From positions 55,316-119,315 of the forward strand of contig ADNK01001625.1 of assembly GCA_000320545.1 (NCBI GenBank): a stretch of DNA of 64,000 nucleotides. Direction: 5' to 3'. Each line of letters starts with the position of its first letter. Position 1 is the first letter of the stretch. The translations under genes and the position numbers were made by a program. Source of the DNA: Bigelowiella natans CCMP2755 (taxonomy: Eukaryota > Protista > Cercozoa). Below, in pieces: positions 24,298 through 38,345 of the stretch. The notes beneath the pieces were generated by a model, which worked only from the letters and a program-made list of their open reading frames with translations, searched no databases and was not told where the DNA came from.

Positions 24298-24981
24298 ATG
24301 CATTTAGGTAACGAATCCACCTTTGGGGTCTATATGCTCAGACAGAAGCAAGACCCTGGAACAAGTGCATACCTCATATTAGTATCCAGTGATAAACTGG
24401 AGCTAAAAATCCTAAGGTAAAAAGAAACACCTAAGATTTGTTTTTGAAAAAAACATTAGATCGCTTTTACAGGAGATATGGCTGCCGGATGTCTAAATAT
24501 ATTGACTCTCAATCAACTGGCAAAGACAAACTTGAATGCCCAGCCTCAAGCAAGATGATTAGATTGATAGTCGAATATATTACGCATCATGAAGGGAAGT
24601 CACCTGATCCCATACAGAAGCCCCTTCGAGGGTTCAAAATGAACAAAAACGTGCCAAGCGACTGGGATGCTCAGTGGATTGATGAGATAGGCTCACACAG
24701 AATGAATCTGTTCAGACTTGCAAAAGCAGCCGAAAACATGGGCATTCGAAGTCTGATAGACCTTGCATGCGCAAAGATTGCGTGCTTAGTGAAAGGCTGT
24801 AAGAACCGAGATGTCAAGCGAATTTTAGTAAGCAAGCCGACTACTGATATGCTTATCTTGTTTTATTGTGATATAACCAAATCACATTTTATGAGCAAAA
24901 ATAAGTAAAATTATGCGTTATTACTTTCAGGATGTGAAAATAAAGGACGGCACTGTTCCGGAAGCTGCTCCCAATAAATAG
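24298..24981 (+). CDS. Skp1-family protein (divergent paralog), 3 exons; 5' end uncertain
   Basis: LILVSSD..., IRLIVEYITHH, IQKPL, DWDAQWID, LFRLAKAAENMGIRSLIDLACAKIACLVKG. Confidence 0.82.
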
Positions 24982-25488
24982 CTCTAGAAAAGAATTGTAT
25001 AATTAGTTTTACTAGTAGCTGGATGACTGATATGCCCTACTAAATTGAGAATTAATCATGTGACAACTCTATAAGTGTCAGCTGGTACGCTTATAAGCGC
25101 ATGCATGATGATAATTATAAGCCTGTCACTAATATCTACTAGACACATCTAGATTTATGTGCCATCACAACATTGCAGCGCATGTAGCTATCTAGCTATA
25201 TCATGGCGTGCAATACGATAATGTAGCCACGACAATTACAATCTAGATGAATATAGGCACAAATTGAAACTTTACAATGCTGCATGCATCTGCGCTTGTC
25301 TAGTTGTAATCACTGCACCGTCCTGCTTCCGCAGCTATATACTTTCTTTTTGAGCCGTTGTTGGAGTTTTTACCTCATCAAGATTGACTTGCGAAGACAA
25401 GGAAACACGCACTGTTACGCGAAATGCGAGCCATTCAAGACCGAAGTAACATGTATTTGACTGCATGAAACACACCATAGCGGAGACC

Positions 25489-25590
25489 AACAGATTCAAC
25501 ATTAGCGCTCTAGCCGCTGCATTGCACAGCTACATGAGGATGACCATTGAACAAATTTAATTGATTCGATTCATTACATCCGTCATACAT
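25489..25590 (+). repeat. Dispersed repeat copy 1 (homologous to 47311-47460)
   Basis: agcgctctagccgctgcattgcacagctacatgaggatgaccattgaacaaatttaa...ttcattacatccgtc. Confidence 0.8.
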
Positions 25591-25807
25591 TATCTAGATT
25601 GTGTTTCGCAGCGGTGGCGTAGCATCGTTGCAATACGGCAGCAATGTCATTCATTGATAACAGAAAGCAACGAAAGTTGGTACTGACACGCATGTACGTT
25701 TATCCACAGTTTTCGCCACAGCTAGCAGGCATTCGTATGTTCTCAGTTTACTTTTTAAAGCAACATGTGATACAGCTCTTGCTTTAGTGTTCTAGCTGTC
25801 TAAACTA

Positions 25808-26710
25808 TCATCCCTTTCTGAGCATCGCAGCCCAACGACCAGCAGATTCCGACAGATTCAAGTAATTTTTCTGGGAGGACGTCTGATACAAACAAGTCAT
25901 CCAAAATATTAACCAACAGAATTCCAAAATTTATATAGAATTTTACGACATGGCACCGATGAAGAACTGACTTGAGCGAAAAATATGGATTGGACACCAC
26001 TATGTACCTGCATCATCTCTAACAATGCGACATCTGGCTTGAGCTCTTGCACGTGCTTAAGAGTGTCATCGTCCAGAGCACTACCAGTCGTTCGTCCATA
26101 ACTAGCGGCCTTTCGCACAAACTCACCCCCTTGTCCCTGAAGAAACGACTCTGGCTCAAAGGTAGGTATCTTGATTCCCTTCAACAATCCACGAATCTTC
26201 TCTAAGATGCCCGGCTCGTCGTACCAAATACAACAGCCTAGAAGGGGGGGGAGTAAATAGAGAGGAGGAAAGGTCAGCGTAATTGAAATGCCACGTGTCG
26301 TGAAATATTCGAGCGTGAATGAGAAGATGAGGTAGAGATGGTGTGGTACAAGCAAACGGTTATTGAAACACACAACTCACAAAAACGGTAGTAAGAAGGA
26401 CAAGGGCTTATCGTAGAATAACACCCCCCTTTCAAACAAAACCCCCCCCCCCCCCCCCCCCCTCCCGCTGCACCCAATCCCTCTCGTATAAAGAACAAAT
26501 ATGATGCCCTCCCCTATATAGCAATGTTTTTCTCTTGATACTCGCCGAGGCATAGCATGCATGGTGAGAGCACCTTTAGGGGCCAACGCCGTGCTAAGTT
26601 CGCGACCCTTCCACTTTCGCTTGTCATAGTACCACACCTTTGTTGATGATGGTGATGATCATGAGGATAAAGATTGCCTTAGCTTATAATGCCTCAGAGA
26701 AAGAGTGCTC

Positions 26711-26755
<45 letters not shown>

Positions 26756-26892
26756 AAAGAAAGAGAAAGGGAGGTAACAATGGATCTTCGCTCATGATGA
26801 AACGTAACGCTATAACGATAATAAAGAAGCATCACTCTGATGTATCTTCTCCTTCTCCTTCTTCTTCTTATATTCTTATATGGACTTATAAG

Positions 26893-26926
<34 letters not shown>

Positions 26927-27149
26927 TCTCCTGCTCTGTAGCAACGAGAGAAATAGCAAGTCCTACAGCATCTGCGCGACCAACACGTCCAATCCGATGT
27001 ATGTAGTCTTCTGCCTCAGCGGGAAGCGTGAGGTTGATGACGTAAGGCAGCTCTTTGATGTCTATACCCCTTGCTGCGACATCTGTGCAGATCAGAAACC
27101 GAACCAGTCCTAACAACAGCAACGTCATCGATGGTGAATACTATTAATA

Positions 27150-27182
<33 letters not shown>

Positions 27183-27358
27183 GGTAATTGATGGATTGTA
27201 GTAGTAGTAGTAGTAGTAGTAGTAGTTGTAGTAGTAGTAGTAGAAGATGGGAAGAAGGAGGATTAGAAGGGAGAGCTACCACACACACACACACACAAAC
27301 TTGTATCATACTTTATATATCATATTTGTATGTGTGTGTGTGCAGGAAAGCTTCTGCC

Positions 27359-27389
<31 letters not shown>

Positions 27390-27541
27390 TGTCTTGTACT
27401 CATCACCGTCCTTGAAAGCTTCCAAGTTGTCCTTTCTTTCATGCGGTCTATATTTTTCGCAGCACCACGCACAGCATGTACAATATATGTTTGGTTAGCA
27501 GAGACGAATAACATACACGTACTACTACAATGACACAGAAT

Positions 27542-27580
<39 letters not shown>

Positions 27581-28321
27581 TCATAATACTTTGACAAACT
27601 CTTGGCGTAAAAGGGTCATTTTCGTGCTCATAGTATTAGTAGTAGTAGTGGTAGCAGAAAGAGTAACACCGTTTGCCCCCATGCAAAGCCACGCATGAGT
27701 AAGGATTTTCCTTGCCACCCATCCTGTCTCTCCCTCCAAATCGCCTTCCTCCTCCAGCCTAAGAGCAGCATTGAAAGGATTGATTGATCGATTGATTGAT
27801 TGATTAAATGACAACATCAGTAGTGTGATGACGGGAGGAGATGCTTTCGAAACGTAACTATAAATCTTCCTTTAATGCTACAGTTTCAAGAAAATAATAG
27901 CAATAATAATAATAATAATATAATAAATGGTGTTGTTTATCCTTTTTGTGATTTATTTCTTTTCGCAAACACGCTCTAGTTGATGTACTAGTACTTCAAA
28001 AACTACCAACCTTAACTAGGAAGCTTTCCAGATTATCAGCATCAAGTTGTGTGCGCACAAAGATGATGCACTGCTGCATTTTGAACGTGTCGATGCTGAT
28101 AAGAAGAAGAAGAACAAGAAGAAGAACAAGACGATAGTAGTAATTGTATTATTCTTGCCTTCCACACACGCTGCTATCGTGATGTTGTTGTCGGATATGT
28201 TGTGCATCGATACAACACACACACACACACACAATTACCATTGCTTTAGCATGAGGACTTTATGCTGTTTAATGGTCTCCGAGTACTTTCCTGCCCCCTG
28301 AAGGAGAATGTGTACTGCGCG

Positions 28322-28386
<65 letters not shown>

Positions 28387-28514
28387 CAGCAAACAGTAAG
28401 GTGTTATTGGAGGCCTTATCTACTTCCAACAATCCCACTGCTTCTAATACGCACAAAACCAAATGGAGACAGATCCATCAATCATCATCATCAATCCTCG
28501 CAAACACTTGTAGT

Positions 28515-28546
<32 letters not shown>

Positions 28547-28627
28547 TTACTATTACCCTCGAGTCCTTCTTATGGACGCCATCCGTTGTGATATAACGAG
28601 TCAGCTTCGGATCGAAGAAACTTAATC

Positions 28628-28664
<37 letters not shown>

Positions 28665-28983
28665 CATTTGGTATTTATACTTAGAAGCAGCAGTTATCAT
28701 CGAGGTTTCGTAACACCGTAAAAACACGTACTATCACCACCACCACCACCACCACTACTACTACTACTACTATCACAGTAGAGCTAGTACCCTTTTTTCC
28801 TTTTCGGGTCGATCTTGACAAATACGTGATCAACGGTCTCCGGCACCGAATCCTTGCCCTTCAGGTCTACCCACGTAGGATTGCACGTTATTCTATCTGC
28901 TAATGACAGTATTTCTTTTGAGTGTAGTGTCGCCGATGAGACCACGACCTGGTAAGAGATAGGTAGGAAAGAAGAAGAAGATA

Positions 28984-29015
<32 letters not shown>

Positions 29016-29461
29016 AAATATAAGGATGCAGTCTGCACCGTTTCCACGGGTTTTTCTGTGGTTTCTTCCGTTTTTTACTTTTCTCGTTTTATTCATCAAA
29101 TATCACTAAAAACGTTGTTTCTTCCTCTGCCCATCCTATTTCTCCATCCCCCCCCCCCCTTAATGCAGCTTCGAAAACAGGGCAACACTGCATTCTTTCT
29201 ACTTGTGTGTCTGGTGCTTTGATAATTTGGTTATACAACGCCACAATGTCCTTGTCGCCATTATCACGTATGAGCTGATCTGCTTCATCTAGGACGAAGA
29301 AACGGCAATGCTTCATTCGTAGTTGGTTTTTATTCACAAGGCTCTTCACTGTTCCGATCGTTCCAACAGCAATCTGCACTCTGTCAAGATTATATGATAT
29401 TATATATACATAGGGATACAGTGATATTAGTAGTGGTAATAGTAGTAGTAGTAGCAGCAGC

Positions 29462-29493
<32 letters not shown>

Positions 29494-30343
29494 TAGTAGT
29501 TGCTGCTGTGACTTTTTTCAACGGTTCGGCTGCTGAAAAGTACTTTTACACTACTACAATGATGATAATAATGACAATGATGATGATAATATTATTAATA
29601 ATAATAGCAATACCCTTCTTTAAGAGTCCGAATGAGCTGCCCGAAGTTACCTCCCCCCACGAATAAAGCATGTTTCACTTTGGGAAGCGACAGGTGCTTT
29701 TTGAATTTGGTGATCTCCCTGAATACGAAGAAGTACATACTCATTCACAAACGGCTTATTCTCTGCAATTATTTGACTTATTATTATCGGAACAGGATGC
29801 ATTGTTTGACGTGTTCGCTGACTTGAAAACTTGCTCTGCAAGTTCCCGTGTAGGCTCCAAGATCAGACACAATGGTGACCGTCCATCATACTCTGGCCTC
29901 TTCTCCCCTCCCCCAGCCTTTCCCTCGGCTGCAGACGCCAGCCCATCTGATGGGGAGGAGGAGACGAGCTGCGACACCGGAGAGAATCCTGAGGGAAGAT
30001 TCTTGACGTTGGGGCCAAAGTTAAACTCTACTTCGGCGTTTTTGAGAACAACTGCAGGAAATAGCGCCTCTGAGCTGAGCGAACGAGGAATCTTGAAAGC
30101 CTCCCCCAGAAGTTCCCCATTCTTTGTAAAGCTAATGGAATGTGACGTTGAACGATCTACCATGCATCCGATGGTGTCGTTCTTGGAGAATAACGTGCCA
30201 TATCTGTGGTAAGAGGAGACGCGAAAGATGTTGATGCCATAACACGAAAACGACTTGAGAGTGGAGGTTAATGAATGGGGCGGCAGCATGTGTGCAGATA
30301 GTATAACTTTCATCGTTTTTTTCACTAGATTGCATAGTCTCCA

Positions 30344-30382
<39 letters not shown>

Positions 30383-30718
30383 TCGTCACACTATTACTTT
30401 TCATAGTTTCCTTTATGGCTTTTCATTCCTGTACCACCGAAACCGAACGATGCCCCGTCAGTACCCACGTTGAGAGAGGAGTTGATCGAGGAGACTCCTA
30501 CCCTGCTCAGTCCGTCATCCTTTACTGTTACCTCAAAGTAATATCGTCCTCGAAGAAGGCCTGTATTAGCTCTAACGCCAAACCAATCCCTCCTGCCCAT
30601 GGCTCGAGATTGACAAACGACCCCACTTGGCCCTATAGCCACCTTTTCTGATTGTTTAGTAGTCGCCATCATCAATGGTGTAGTAGATAAATGCTACTCG
30701 ATAATGATCATGCATGTC

Positions 30719-30750
<32 letters not shown>

Positions 30751-31500
30751 CTATGGGTTTATATTCTTGGTGGCGTGACGAAGATACATTCCAGTACGGT
30801 TTGCCTCTCATTGAGTGAAGACTAGACAAATAACCTTCCTCCATGCCATCATACCACACGTGCGTCTCTCTCCCCTTATTCTCCCCCCCACCTCTCCCCA
30901 ATCCTCCTCCTCCTCCTCCATATGTTTAATGCATATTTACGACTCCTCATATTACGCCTACTAACCGTCGCGATCTGCCTGATTTAGCTTCACTCTATGG
31001 CCTGATCCAATAACTTTTGTGCCGCCTTTGCCACCGGATACTTTTGAAGAGGAAGAGGCCTGCCCCCCCCCCCCCTTGCCGCCGTGTCGTCCCTTCGACT
31101 CCAGATGTTCCTTCAGCGTTTCGTACACGATCTGGAGGACCTTTCAACGTATGATGAGTAAATGTAACTTAATCGTATTCCAATTAAGGGACAGACAGCA
31201 TAAGCATATCGGTTCTAAAACTGAAGATGTAATGATACGAAGTTAACAACAAACACAACCGGAATGCCAAAAGCTCCTGTTTTCCCGCTGCCCGTTTCTG
31301 CGGCGATCATTACGTCCCCTCCACCTAAAATAAGCGGGATCGCCTAACAAACAGCAATTAAATATGCAAACTCAAGCCAGAGGTGACGGACATGAGGAGC
31401 AGCTTACCTCATCTTGCACAGGAGTTTGCAGAAGCCACCCCATCTCTTCCAGCGCTCGGATAATTTGGGGCATCACCCCCAGCCGCTCAAACCCGGACAT
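25808..31500 (-). CDS. DDX1: ATP-dependent RNA helicase DDX1 (DEAD-box with SPRY insertion), multi-exon
   Basis: [31 protein letters not shown]|[25 protein letters not shown]; [22 protein letters not shown]; [12 protein letters not shown]; FVLDEAD; SATLHS; DVAARGID; [11 protein letters not shown]. Confidence 0.95.
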
Positions 31501-31909
31501 ATTCTGAAGGAGGAGGTGGTGGTGGTAGTGGTGGAGGGAGGGAGGGAGGGAGGGAGGGAGGGAGTCCTTTCGCTCTTCCGTCTCTCTCCTCTCCTCTTCT
31601 GATAATGGTGATTGCGATTCGGATGAGAGAGAGAGAGTGAGAGCTTAGACAGATTAGTTGTTCTGTAAATAATTATATGTAATATCGCCATATAATATTA
31701 TTGATAATACATTATCCTCGCAAAGAATGAAAGAGCTTGGTGATAGTGGTAGACAGACTAGTTGTTCTGTCAATAATTTTCGGTAATATTTGTATGTAAT
31801 AATAATAATAATATATTAGAGTAGTGAAACATTTGAGTATAATTTAGGTAATTTTGGTACGTACTATATCGTACGACAGCCATCCATTCCCCCGACCGAC
31901 CGACCCTCC

Positions 31910-32282
31910 ATGCCAAGAACGACGACGACGACGACGACGTCGATGCCCTCGTGGCTGTTTCTCATCACCATAGGGCTGTTAGCAATGCTTGTAGGTCTGA
32001 TGGCATTCTGCCAGAACACCTTCCATGTGTCGTCGTACAGTGGTACAGGGCGCTTGAGATTGAGGAGTAGTGGCCCCATTGTACGATCAAGATCATCGTA
32101 CGCGAGACCACGTGTCAGCAACAGGTTGGGGGCGGGTGAATTCCTGCCACGAATTCGACGCCTCCATGCATGCTCAAAGCGTCCTAATGGCAGACAAGAT
32201 AGGGGGGTACTACATAGGCGAGCAGAGGAAGGTGATGCCATATCTCCAAATGATCCTTCTGCGACAACAACCCTCGGCTTGG

Positions 32283-32316
<34 letters not shown>

Positions 32317-32684
32317 GGATATCGAATCATCGACGACGCCGATGACAAAAGAAGAAGAGGAAGAAATATCCTTAACATAGAGCGTAAAGGTTTCTCATGG
32401 AAGATTGATTCGAAGTGCTAATGTCTGCACCGCATCTCCTCACTTCTCGTTATTTGTAATGTTTGCATTGTTATCATCAACGTTGCTGTGGGTGCTTAGT
32501 AGCTGTGTATATATTCACATCCTCCCTCTTGTCTCTATCCGCTTATTTTCCAACAGAGTTCAAAATCAGATGATTTGCCTTCGACAAGCGATGTGGTGGT
32601 GATTGGATCTGGGCTTGGCGGCCTTTGCTGTGCTGCACTCCTTGCCGCGAGTGGCAAACAGGTGTGGCTATTTTACTCATGCTG

Positions 32685-32740
<56 letters not shown>

Positions 32741-33262
32741 TTAGAAGATGAAATGATCTGTTATCGATCTCCCCCCTCTCCTACTCCTTCTCAATTACAT
32801 CTACTGCTCTGTTTCCGATCTACAGAACCCATTACCCCTTTCCATCGATAACGGCAATGTTGCTATATTCATGTATCATGTATAAGGTCACAGTCGTAGA
32901 GTCTCATACGGAGTTTGGAGGGGCTGCTCACTCTTGGAAGCGAAAGGCGAAGGTACTTGTTGTAGCCCTCACCAACAGATAAGTAGATAAATGAACGATG
33001 AGAAGGAGGAGGAGAAGAAAAAGGAGGAGGAGGAGGAGGAGGAGACGAAGACGATAACTAAGGGGTTGGAAGAGCATTGGTTCAATCGTTCGTTTGTTCA
33101 CTCTATTACAGGGCGGGGGATATTACACATTTGAAAGCGGCCCTTCTCTTTTCTCAGGTTGCTGATGATGATTTAATCCAATAATTCAATAACAATGATC
33201 AGCAGAGAGCTCAGGACAATTTCATGAATAGAAGACAAAAAGAAAGAGAGCGCGAGAGAGAG

Positions 33263-33300
<38 letters not shown>

Positions 33301-33471
33301 TCTTCGTTTTCCTTATCAGCAACTTTTGTCGCGGCGTTGTGATAATGATAATTTGAATAGGACTTTCACCAGAGTCAACACAGGCTAACAGATTAGCAAA
33401 TCGGCCGGCGAATAACCCACTTAGAGCGGTAATAATAGCAAAACCAGAGCCCACAACAAGAACAACAACAA

Positions 33472-33502
<31 letters not shown>

Positions 33503-33737
33503 TCATCATCATCATCATCACATAAGTATTGAGTTTGCTACTACTTTCTCTGTATTGTTGTTTAGGTTCTTGATGCTGTGGGAGAAGACTGCGACTGGAT
33601 AACGTATAATACATGGGGATGTGTTTTCCCTGAAGGAAAATTTACTGCGCAGGTTTCAAAGAGGAGAGAGAGAGCGGGGGGGGGGGGGGGGAAGAGCTTC
33701 GAATATCACACGTGGCAAGCAATAGCCAGCAGTAATT

Positions 33738-33776
<39 letters not shown>

Positions 33777-34100
33777 CAAAGGTAGGAAATGTTCCCTGGG
33801 AAAGTCCTGGCGGACTCTTAGATAGGTACGAAAATGATGATGATGACGATGATGACGACGATGATGATGATGATAATGGTGCTCTCAGCTATCCGATGTA
33901 AGACTACTAAACTACCTAGCACTCCATAAAACTTGTGAGTGAGTGAGTGAGTGTGTGTGTGTATGCGTGTGTGGTTCATCAATTGAACGTATCAAAAACT
34001 TTGTTTTATAATAATATGTGTTCTCTTGTAGATTTGGAGGCCCAAACGCACACAAGGAGTGGAAGGCATGTCTTAGCATATACACACACTTTATCTTACC

Positions 34101-34157
<57 letters not shown>

Positions 34158-34492
34158 CACAAAAACAAAATATGACGATGTTGATTACTTGAGTGCGTGA
34201 GTATCTGGCTGTTTGGTCAACTATTCTAATATCCACAATAATCATTTCATAAAGCATATGCACCATATTCTTCCTCTCAGGCTCTGATGGATTACATGCA
34301 GCCCTTAATATCTGTGTCGCAGGACCTCCCTGTTGTAACCGCAGCGTTGAGAGAAGTAGTGCGACATTATTCGTGCATCACCACCTTCATAAATGATATT
34401 CTTCTCGGAATTATGATGATGATCCTCCCCTTTCCCCACCCCTTCCTCTACCATACTTATTAGGATGCAATGGCTGCAGTTACGCTTGCCCG

Positions 34493-34528
<36 letters not shown>

Positions 34529-34776
34529 TAACCGACGAATGTTAACAAATGTGCAATTTAGCGGCACATTTATTGCATCCATTTCATTATCTTAGAGTAC
34601 TACGTGTAACATCAACTCCTCCTCCTCCTCCTCCTCCTCCTCCTCCTCCCTCTTCACCACCCTACTTGTAGTTATGCTCCGAAGATATTAGGAATGATAA
34701 GGTGGTTGGTTGTGACAATTAGCAAACAGTACAGACCAAACATCATCGCTACACGTACTCACTCACACGCACACGC

Positions 34777-34814
<38 letters not shown>

Positions 34815-35474
34815 GCACTCACATTATCTGGCAAATAATGGCACTACGTCACCATCAGGTACGGTCCAAAGCTCGGTCTTCTCCAAAAGCCTTTCGCTGA
34901 TATCGTTCGAGAAGTAGGCATCAAGGTAAAAACCAACACGTGCAATGCTACATTCACTGATACTGCTACTACTTCTACAACTGTGACCACTACATACACA
35001 CACATCATAAATTGGTTGGTCTAGGATGAATTCATACTCAATTGGCTCAACATGCTGTCCTTTCTTCTTCAAGGTATTAGTAGTAGAAGCAGCAGTAGCA
35101 GCAGTAGTAATAGTTGTAGTAGTAATAAACACACCTCACCTCCCCTACAACTACCACCAAATCAACACCTCCACGATGACACGTTGATCGTGTAATAATT
35201 ATGATTAATAGTGTGATGGATGGGTGCTCTTGCTACCTTATTAATTGTGTGCAAAACAACAGGAACACCTTCTGATGCACTTCTCGGTGCCGTGATGGCG
35301 TACATGTACGTCAGCACATGATGTTTTAGTCAAATTCCAATTTCCCTCATGATTATGGCATAAAAGAGTATAATCGCTTGCTGGTGGTTGTTCAAAGGCT
35401 TGGTGACTGGTACAAAGAAGATGCGCTTCTGGACTTTCCTAAAGGGTGTGTATTTGGTTATTTTGGTTATGCGT

Positions 35475-35544
<70 letters not shown>

Positions 35545-35706
35545 ATAGTTGGCATCACCAGTACATACATACATACATACATATATACACGTATTACGAT
35601 TAAATCTTATACAAAACACCATCATCATCTATCCTAGAGGATCTGGTGAAATTATTGAGGCTCTCATCCGAGCTATTCGAAAGGTGTCAGTCTTACACAC
35701 ACACAC

Positions 35707-35753
<47 letters not shown>

Positions 35754-36180
35754 GATCTACATGAGGAGGTTATGAGTTGAGTGCCTCTTACTCACATACA
35801 AATACTAATATCTCCATCTAGTCACGACCATTATCATTGTCATCGTCACCACCACCACCACCACCATTATCATCATCTCATCATCATCATCATCATATCA
35901 GAATGGGGGCAGAGTAGTTGGAGGGGCTCATGTGGGTGAAATCATGCTGAATGAGGCAGGAGAAGCATGTGGCGTTAAGATTGAGGGTGCGGCCAAAGCC
36001 AGATCAGGAGTAGATAAGGCAAGAATTCATATGATATATTTCGGAATATAAATCTTCATATTTTGCTTGTTGAGTAGTATAATGTCCCCCACCCCCCCCC
36101 CCCCTCTGTAAATGCAGTATTACTAATACGTGACGCAGTCGTATCAAATGGGGACATTTGGGAAACACAACACACACACC

Positions 36181-36273
<93 letters not shown>

Positions 36274-36398
36274 CATATTCGTTATATTGTAGGAGTACTG
36301 TGAAGATGGTAAAAGGAGGGATAGGAAGAGGAGGAGGCGCTATGAATACCTTCGATGACAAATGGAAGGAGTATGCTAGGTAGATTTACAATGATTCC

Positions 36399-36432
<34 letters not shown>

Positions 36433-38345
36433 ACACACAATTGAAGTGTTTTACAATGATTAGTATTTTCTCATGTATCTATCGATCCTCGGAGGAGGAA
36501 AGATTGTAGAGATTTGTTTGGCATTACGATGGTGATGATATATGAATTAAAGTAGCGGCTTGTGTGATTATGATGACGAGCTATTGTTTAAGCCACTAAA
36601 TGCACTAACCATTTTTTCCAACAGAACATCAACGGATTACGAGCAGTGTGAAAGTTTTATGCATCTCCATCTCGGAATTGATGCCAAGGTAGTAACGGGG
36701 ATTATATGTATCCATCATCCGAACGACGACGCATCGAATGATTAACGATTTCTGCCTTCTTCTCAGTATGATTCACCCTTCAGTGCATGCATTTTTATAT
36801 GTCTTCGTCTTCTTCCTCTTCTTCTTCATAGGGTCTCCCGGAAGACTTATGGCCTCAATTTGCCGTTGTAAGGGACTGGAAGGTGATGATGATAGAGAGT
36901 GGTGCTTTCGTGTTTCGTGCTTCATGTTGTCGCGCATCTTTCACATTTGCCAACAACCCACTGTTGTCGCGCACTCTCATCGTTGCCAACGACTCACTCC
37001 GTCCTCATATTCTCCCTTTCCAATATAGAAACCAATAGAATCAGAAGGGAATGTGATGATCGTTGCTATTCCTTCGCTCCTCGACCCATCGTAAGTATAG
37101 CAAGAGAGACAATATCATGATGATGATAATAATGCTTCTTTTTCTTCCTGCACTCCATTCCTTATTGTACTAACACTACGACTCTTGTGGATAGGCTTGC
37201 GCCAGAGGGGAAGCACGTCATTCATGCATACACGGTGGGAATTGTCGTGTGAACATATTATAATAATCATACTTTTATTGTTATCTATTTCTTTGTGATA
37301 TATAAATTTTAATTTTCGACTTTGTATGCTAACACCCATCGGATACTTTGAAGGCTGGAAACGAGCCAATTTCTCTGTGGAAGAGCATGCAAAGGGTAGT
37401 CTACAATCATTATGTAACGACGAAGACGATAACTGATATGAACGAAGAGGAGGAAGTAAAGCGGGGGGGAGAGAAAATCAAAAGATACGAATGAAAAAAC
37501 GAAAAAGCTTTACTTTTATAAATCTCATCGTACATATAAATCTTATAGTACAACGTTATAGTTTTGTTCGCCAAGATCTTGTCCTCGTTCTTAAGATTTT
37601 TATATTCTGACATCATGGTTGATTTTTTTAATTTACTCATTCTTCGCAGGGAACACCTGAATATGAGGCTCTAAAAAAGGAGCGTAGTGAGGTGTTGTGG
37701 AAAGCACTCGAACAGGTATAACGATGTGGTGATTTTTAATGGAAGGAGAAGATGAAAGCAAGTTACTCACCTCAAAAAATCAGACCTCTGATTATCCACA
37801 GGATTCTGTTCTGATAACGATCTCTTTCTTATCTTCTAATCAGTAAACTACATACAATAATGTGATTGACAAGTTGCGCATGAACGCAGGTTATTCCGGA
37901 TGTGCGAAGTCGTGCCGAAGTGGAGATGGTAGGGACACCCCTCACGCATGCGCGCTTTCTACGCCGCAATAATGGCACCTACGGGCCGCTTGTCCGCGCT
38001 GGCGAAGGTTAATCCAAATTTCATCATCATACACATTCAGTTATTTTCCGAGGTTTGTATGGAAAGTTCTCCATTGAGAGACTGGTGGTTTTCGCATTTA
38101 TGGAGAAAATACGTTGAGATTGATGTAATGAGATCTAAAATGTCAAACGAAAACGCAACTTGCACTATGCTACCGCAGGCACGCTACCAGGACACACAAC
38201 ACCAGTCCCAAAGTTATTTGTCTGCGGAGACTCCACATTCCCTGGAATTGGCGTTCCCGCCGTAGCAGCTGGAGGCACAATTTGTGCAAACACGATTTCG
38301 AGCCTCGACTCGCATTTCAAAACATTGGCAGCGATGGGTTTCTGA
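31910..38345 (+). CDS. Plastid-targeted carotenoid isomerase/phytoene-dehydrogenase-like FAD oxidoreductase (CRTISO-like), multi-exon
   Basis: Exon 1 (31910-32281) has a hydrophobic signal plus R/S-rich transit. DVVVIGSGLGGLCCAALLA, FESGPSLFSG, SFMHLHLGIDA, VGTPLTHARFLRRNNGTYGP, LFVCGDSTFPGIGVPAVAAGG. Confidence 0.88.

Noticed and set aside
25909-26008. DDX1 ending at the ORF-track stop 25909
   Set aside because: A CAG|gtacat donor and a final exon [10 protein letters not shown]...RKG* (to 25808) fit the DDX1 C-terminus better.
26689-36276. Numerous ORFs with [12 protein letters not shown] or poly-S/I/Y/L tracts (also throughout 51000-64000)
   Set aside because: Translations of intronic microsatellites.
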